From a virus (lineage: Duplodnaviria; Caudoviricetes): 62,731 bases of DNA. Positions within the stretch are counted from its first letter, which is position 1. The number at the start of each line of letters is the position of its first letter. This document shows positions 57,756 through 62,731 of this stretch, one piece after another. The translations under genes were made by a program, and so were the position numbers. The notes under the pieces are model-generated. The model made no database searches. It was not told the DNA's origin and saw only the letters and a list, made by a program, of their open reading frames with translations. The stretch spans positions 1 through 62,731 of IMG/VR virus record IMGVR_UViG_3300007513_000035. One strand, written 5' to 3'.

Positions 57756-60700
57756 TTAATCTGTGTAAGGTATAGAAGAAGAAGCTATAATGCTAATATT
57801 TCTAGACTGCGTTGGTTTTTTAACCTGTGATCCATATGTGTCTGAGGTACCAGAATCTCTTTCTTTTTGAACTATGTGATCCGGATCCATTGCCTGGTTT
57901 GTCAAGATCTGGACAAATTTTATTTCTATCGGACCGGGGGTCCCGTCGTTCAAACCTGATTTATAAAATTTGGCGTAAGGTCTTTGCTCAAGCATATCTC
58001 TAAACTGTCCAAAACTATCTCTTCTGTAAACTGCAGAAGAATAATGAGGCCTATAGTTTAAAACACCATATTTCATTCCAGATGCCCCTTTTAAAGAATG
58101 CCTAATTTTAGTGGCGGATGGCAGGCCATCTGTGGGTGCGAAATCCCAGCCCCTGGAAAAAAGAACTCTCGAAATGTCTTCAGGGTCAGTAAGGTCAATC
58201 AGGATATTTCCCCCGAGAGGTTTTCCATAACTAATCTTAGTAAAATCTATTGGATTTCTAGTCGGATTGCCCTGATATGGATAAGGTAGAGAAGACGAAA
58301 CTTCAGATAAAAATGTTCCAGTTAAATAGGGCATTCTAGGGTCGGTGTTTGTGACGTCTACCGCAAACTCTACCCTATTTTTCGGAGCATTGTACCTCCT
58401 GTTTGGGGGGATTGAAAATCTTGATGTATATTCCAAAATGCTAGGCATAACAGTATCCCAGAATCGCTCTGTCCCATCGGAAAGTCTAACTCCCCGCAAA
58501 AGAGAGCCTGTAATTCCCGTGGTCCCACCAGAAAAAGATCCCACTATCTTTCTTCCTAAAACAACTTTGGTTGGACCAAGAATTTCGGTATCAGCGTTCC
58601 TAGAGACAAGACCGTGAACAGAGGCACCAGGGGGAGACTCATACGTCAAATCAATATATGTGCCTGTTAGCGCGCTAGGTAAATCAATATCAAACTGGTC
58701 GGTTATTGTCATGTCTTGCTGAATTGTGCTATGGACATTATCAGATGTGAGCTGCTGATTTAAAGACATGTTAGAGATGCCTGCACCGTTTCTAAGAAGA
58801 GATCCGAAAAATGTTATAGAGGCAGGACCCGTAGTGATAGTTAGTCTTGAGCCTGTAAGCCCAGTCGTCATTGTCCCGCTAGCAATTCCTGGCCCGCCGC
58901 CCGCCATGCCTACTGCGGTTCCCATAGCTGCGTCCATCCCGAAAACAAGCTTATCACCAGGAAGTAATAAATAGGGTGACTCAATAGTGGAAGCTCCGCC
59001 AACCATGACGCCGTATTCATTAGTCTCAGGATTTGATATTCCGCCGTAGCCTTCTGTTACCCTAGGGTCAAAAACCTCTACGGGTAGCTGGACGGCGGTG
59101 ATACTTTCAGCCTCTATGTTTACAAAAGTCTGATTTGTTTGAGTCTTTCCATAGCTGGCACTAATTCCAATTTTTCCCGTATATTTTGAAGGAGCCGGAG
59201 AGAAGTCTTTTTTAGAAGATAAAATAGCATATGAACCACTCTCTTGCATAAAGGGAAGAGCACTAGAGCCCCCCGGCCAGTAGTGAAAAATCTCCATACC
59301 TCCAACATTAACATTTTCTGGCTTTGCAGCGGCTGGTTCATCAAAGGCTCTTGGCGTAATACTTCTTCCCGAAAGCCTTTTATTAAAAAAGCTTGGAGTA
59401 AGATCAAGTCTTACAGAACCCGAGTAGACACCAGTCTTCTCCTGCGTATCAGGTGTGCCGTTATCAGGCTGGATTGTAATTCCAAAGTTGTGAGAAAATG
59501 AAGGCGTATTTATAGGCTCAAATGTCCTTGTGGTAAGTGAATTTCTTTCACAGATAGTGTCATTATAAAATGTCATAGCCCCGCTGCACACGAGAAATCT
59601 TTCACTGCCGGATACATCGAACTTACTATCTATAGCATGTCTTGGATGAGTCCTGTTTGCCTGTCGATATATAAAGAAAACATAATCATCCTGATCTCTT
59701 GAGGCATCCAGGGTAAGGTTGCCGGCTGCATCTTGTACCTTTATCTTTCTTTGAGCTGTAATGGGCAAGTTGACAGCTATTTTTTCTAAAACAAAAGGGT
59801 GATCAATATATTCAGACATTGAAATAGTCTGGCTGCCGGTAGCATGATATTTTGTGGAAAATGGTGCAAAACTTGTTACTGTGGGCGTACCGATAGCACC
59901 GTACCCAAGGTCTTTACTTTGTGTTTCATCATCAGGTACAAAGTGAAAGCTTGGCCTAAACTGCATCGGAAAGCTATTGGTGCCTGAGTGGATTTGTCTT
60001 CTAGCATTTTGTGAAAAATTAGAGAGAACAGACTGACAAGCAAAGTCAAAATGAACCGGATTTCCTGTAGCGGGGTCGGTTAAGCCAATCTGGTCCCATT
60101 TTTTAGTACTAAAGTTATAATAGCAAAATCCTGTTATATCGTTTCCGTTAAATTCCCCAGAAGGATCAGCAACATCAAGCTTGGCTTTTACTCTTTTTGT
60201 AAAAACTCTATTTTCATTTGTACTAATATCTACTTTAAAAGAAATCTTACTATCAAGCTTAGATCTTAGTCCGTCAAAAGAAATAACAGTTCCCGTATGA
60301 TAAAAGCTAGAAGTCCCAATATAGATTCTATCATCTGAGAATGGTTTTGGCTCTTCTTCATTTACAAAGTGATTAGTTGAAGATATCCATCTAAAATTTC
60401 GACCATCAGCACCGAGTGTGTGATATCCCATTCTAATATTGTGCATTAAAATATCATCAGATATTCCCAGCTGTATGCTGGCTGTGGTAAATAAATCTGA
60501 TTCGATATTTGGGCTACTAGAGAACGGGCCAAATTTATCTAGCTGGGAAGATGAAAGAAGCTTTACTGGATATTGAACGAGACCCATATCTGACTGATCG
60601 CTTGAGCTGCTCAAAAAATGAATTATATACGTGTCATCAAAAGACTTGTATGCCTTTCCTCTCCTGTCGGGGTCTGCTGTCGAAAGTGTCGACGGATATC

Positions 60701-60791
60701 TTCCAGGGACATTGTCAATGGCTCTGGAATTAATCCTGGGAGATAGGTTTGTAATTCCAGATAGTGTGCTTGATCCGCTAATAACAGGCAT
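57756..60791 (-). CDS. Large virion (baseplate or fibre) protein
   Basis: 1011 aa Ser/Gly/Thr-rich ORF in the structural operon. Confidence 0.6.
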   Translation of the reverse strand: MPVISGSSTLSGITNLSPRINSRAIDNVPGRYPSTLSTADPDRRGKAYKSFDDTYIIHFLSSSSDQSDMGLVQYPVKLLSSSQLDKFGPFSSSPNIESDLFTTASIQLGISDDILMHNIRMGYHTLGADGRNFRWISSTNHFVNEEEPKPFSDDRIYIGTSSFYHTGTVISFDGLRSKLDSKISFKVDISTNENRVFTKRVKAKLDVADPSGEFNGNDITGFCYYNFSTKKWDQIGLTDPATGNPVHFDFACQSVLSNFSQNARRQIHSGTNSFPMQFRPSFHFVPDDETQSKDLGYGAIGTPTVTSFAPFSTKYHATGSQTISMSEYIDHPFVLEKIAVNLPITAQRKIKVQDAAGNLTLDASRDQDDYVFFIYRQANRTHPRHAIDSKFDVSGSERFLVCSGAMTFYNDTICERNSLTTRTFEPINTPSFSHNFGITIQPDNGTPDTQEKTGVYSGSVRLDLTPSFFNKRLSGRSITPRAFDEPAAAKPENVNVGGMEIFHYWPGGSSALPFMQESGSYAILSSKKDFSPAPSKYTGKIGISASYGKTQTNQTFVNIEAESITAVQLPVEVFDPRVTEGYGGISNPETNEYGVMVGGASTIESPYLLLPGDKLVFGMDAAMGTAVGMAGGGPGIASGTMTTGLTGSRLTITTGPASITFFGSLLRNGAGISNMSLNQQLTSDNVHSTIQQDMTITDQFDIDLPSALTGTYIDLTYESPPGASVHGLVSRNADTEILGPTKVVLGRKIVGSFSGGTTGITGSLLRGVRLSDGTERFWDTVMPSILEYTSRFSIPPNRRYNAPKNRVEFAVDVTNTDPRMPYLTGTFLSEVSSSLPYPYQGNPTRNPIDFTKISYGKPLGGNILIDLTDPEDISRVLFSRGWDFAPTDGLPSATKIRHSLKGASGMKYGVLNYRPHYSSAVYRRDSFGQFRDMLEQRPYAKFYKSGLNDGTPGPIEIKFVQILTNQAMDPDHIVQKERDSGTSDTYGSQVKKPTQSRNISIIASSSIPYTD

Positions 60792-61793
60792 TTACTTCTT
60801 AAGACCTCCGAATGCAACTGAATCTGTTCCTTCGTCAGCATTGTTGTAAACAAAACCTGCTGTGGCAGATTTTCTAAGATAATTTGTCATCCCAGTATCA
60901 CTCGCAGCGTTCCTAGGGAAATCTGTAACCGTACCATCCGACTCTGTTATAAATAAAAGAGATGATGTCATATTGACCAGCACATGATACTGTCTAGAAA
61001 GAAATGAATCATCAAAATACGCTGTTCTTCTTTTATTTGCAGAGGTAAATCCGGGTATAGCCAGACCATCAACGAGAATTTCAGGGGCTGTAGATCCTGT
61101 AAGGAAAGATCCTGCGAATATGTTTTGCGCATCTTCAAAATGATCTACTTCAGTAGGTGGGTATCTATTCACAAACTGTAAAATTAAATCTGTACCTTTT
61201 GTTCTACTGCTGTTCCCATCTATTAGATCACCCTTTATTGAATTTGCAACAAAGGGAACTTCAGCTGCTCTAAACATCGTCCCTAGCATTCTAATAGAAA
61301 GTGGCTCTATGACACCATCCATCTGGTCAGGATCTTTCCATGCAGGATCGAAAAGAACGACTGGATACATGGAATCTTCAGATCCTGTCAAATAATTTAC
61401 AGGATCCCACCTGCCCGTTGAATCATCAAATGGAACTTTTTCATCTTTAAAAAGCTTGGGTTGTCCAAAAATCCTTTGCTCAGAAAAATATTCTCTATCA
61501 AATACGTTAAACCCGTGATCAGAAATTCTCCATGTTAGGTTTTCTCCAAACGTTTTTATATTTGTGTGTATTCCCTGCCTTATCGGATCTATAAGTCTGG
61601 TATCAATACCCTCGCTTCCGGAAACTCTTTTAGATGTTACAAGCAATCCAGATCTAAGGTTTGGCATTAAAGAAGATGCAATTGATCCAGAAACAGGGTT
61701 ATCACCAAAAGAGTTAGATACTTTTACATTTAGGCCGAACCTATCCTCGAAAGGCGTCATGAGATCTATAGTTGCTGGATTTTTATAAGTCAT
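60792..61793 (-). CDS. Hypothetical virion protein
   Basis: 333 aa; abuts both neighbours; MDGVIEPLSIR, DSVAFGGL. Confidence 0.6.
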   Translation of the reverse strand: MTYKNPATIDLMTPFEDRFGLNVKVSNSFGDNPVSGSIASSLMPNLRSGLLVTSKRVSGSEGIDTRLIDPIRQGIHTNIKTFGENLTWRISDHGFNVFDREYFSEQRIFGQPKLFKDEKVPFDDSTGRWDPVNYLTGSEDSMYPVVLFDPAWKDPDQMDGVIEPLSIRMLGTMFRAAEVPFVANSIKGDLIDGNSSRTKGTDLILQFVNRYPPTEVDHFEDAQNIFAGSFLTGSTAPEILVDGLAIPGFTSANKRRTAYFDDSFLSRQYHVLVNMTSSLLFITESDGTVTDFPRNAASDTGMTNYLRKSATAGFVYNNADEGTDSVAFGGLKK

Positions 61794-61796
61794 TTC

Positions 61797-62729
61797 TTAA
61801 TACTTCTTTAGTCTGCCTACAGCTATTTCGGGTTGTTTTTCTGGTTGATCTTGGTCTCTTCTTCGAGGCTTGTCTGGGCGTCCTTGTCTTTCATAAAGTT
61901 CCAGAAAATGGTACATAAATTTGTTTCTTTCAAGAACGTGTGATTCAATGACAAAATTTATTCCAAAATAATTAGTCTTTTTAGGAATAAGCTGGTCGAT
62001 TATTTCACCCATTGCATCATCAAACCATTTAAAAAACTCAAAAAAGTGTTTTAAATTTATTTTTCTCTCTAGCCGATTAAAATAAACCTTTCTGGCTTGA
62101 ACTATCTCTGGATAATCTTCTATGAAAAGTCTGTTAGCCTGGCCCATTGCATCATCGAAAAAATCTAATGTGCTAAATATGTTCATAATATCCTCATCAA
62201 GTGCCATTGTAGATGATATGTCTATGCTAAATCGAGCATCGTCTTGTGGTTCCTCAGATTTTACAATATTATACAGCGGTGCCTCAACGACGTAACTGTC
62301 ATCGATTTCGTCGTTAGTTGTAATAAAGCTTCTAGGTCGAACCTTATTGTCTGTTTGCAAGATATCAAACTTAGGAGAAAGGTGGCTATAGTAAAAAGTT
62401 TTGGGCTTTATAACCTGTTTTGAAGATTCAAAACCAGAAACAGTCCCTGATATCCCGTTCTGAGAAAAATCAATTATTGATATGTTTCCGCTAGAGTTTG
62501 ACGATGTTATTTCTTGGTCAGTTGAGAGATCTATTCTCAGCCTGTTAAATGCACCTGTTCGATGAGTATGAAAGTTAAAGTTAGTCCTGGGATCATTGAC
62601 ACCGACTGACTTGAAATTTAAAACATGATCTTTCCATTCTAGAAAGTTTAATCCCTTAGACCAGAATCTAATTTGTGAAACTTGTCCGCCAAACTCTGTT
62701 TCTCTTCCTATTTCGGAAGAAGCAGTAGA
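61797..62729 (-). CDS. C-terminal part of a large baseplate-like protein (5' end outside the window)
   Basis: Frame is open upstream of the track's TTG to the right edge (…FGGQVSQIRFWSK…, LamG-like); C-terminal FFEFFKWFDD...IDQLIP...VIESHVLERNK. Confidence 0.7.
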   Translation of the reverse strand, partial: STASSEIGRETEFGGQVSQIRFWSKGLNFLEWKDHVLNFKSVGVNDPRTNFNFHTHRTGAFNRLRIDLSTDQEITSSNSSGNISIIDFSQNGISGTVSGFESSKQVIKPKTFYYSHLSPKFDILQTDNKVRPRSFITTNDEIDDSYVVEAPLYNIVKSEEPQDDARFSIDISSTMALDEDIMNIFSTLDFFDDAMGQANRLFIEDYPEIVQARKVYFNRLERKINLKHFFEFFKWFDDAMGEIIDQLIPKKTNYFGINFVIESHVLERNKFMYHFLELYERQGRPDKPRRRDQDQPEKQPEIAVGRLKKY

Positions 62730-62731
62730 AT

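Noticed and set aside
207-61788. The many plus-strand ORFs in the track (e.g. 13338-13934, 22903-23388) and short minus-strand ORFs nested in other frames (e.g. 25402-26103)
   Set aside because: They lie antisense to or inside well-supported genes, have no recognisable motifs, and look like shadow ORFs.
1-62731. Alternative genetic code (stop-codon reassignment), as in some large phages
   Set aside because: Conserved genes are full length under the standard code, and TAA, TAG and TGA all end genes at natural boundaries.
1-62731. tRNA genes, CRISPR arrays, integrase, transposase, reverse transcriptase or DGR repeats
   Set aside because: Intergenic gaps are short and show no cloverleaf or repeat-spacer pattern, and no such protein motifs appear in the ORFs. 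Long dispersed repeats cannot be fully excluded by eye.

Overview
This 62.7 kb window is an internal fragment of a large, T4-like (myovirus, probably jumbo) bacteriophage genome. Essentially all real genes lie on the minus strand, tightly packed and read in the standard genetic code. It holds the virion morphogenesis region. Head and packaging: large terminase, portal, prohead protease, scaffold, gp23-like major capsid, putative head decoration and internal proteins. Neck and tail: neck and tail-terminator proteins, two tandem tail sheath paralogues, tail tube, a tail chaperone pair, tape measure, baseplate tube-initiator, LysM and hub proteins, and a long run of large orphan baseplate or fibre proteins. 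Two DNA-metabolism islands are embedded in it: RuvC-like resolvase, primase and a fused Mre11-Rad50 (SbcD-SbcC); and a minimal family A DNA polymerase with a separate DEDDh exonuclease. No tRNA, rRNA, CRISPR array, integrase or transposase was seen. The main signals beyond routine annotation are: (1) a likely +1 programmed frameshift on a U7 run in the tail chaperone upstream of the tape measure gene; (2) a [S/T]-G-S motif enriched in outer virion proteins and absent from most enzymes and internal proteins, a candidate modification sequon; (3) a GC-rich pseudoknot-like RNA leader after the capsid gene; (4) a probable ACG start for the tape measure gene; and (5) a readable promoter code with an ATANTTAT late-type motif and sigma70-like promoters, several giving leaderless mRNAs. 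All calls come from reading motifs by eye; no database searches were run.
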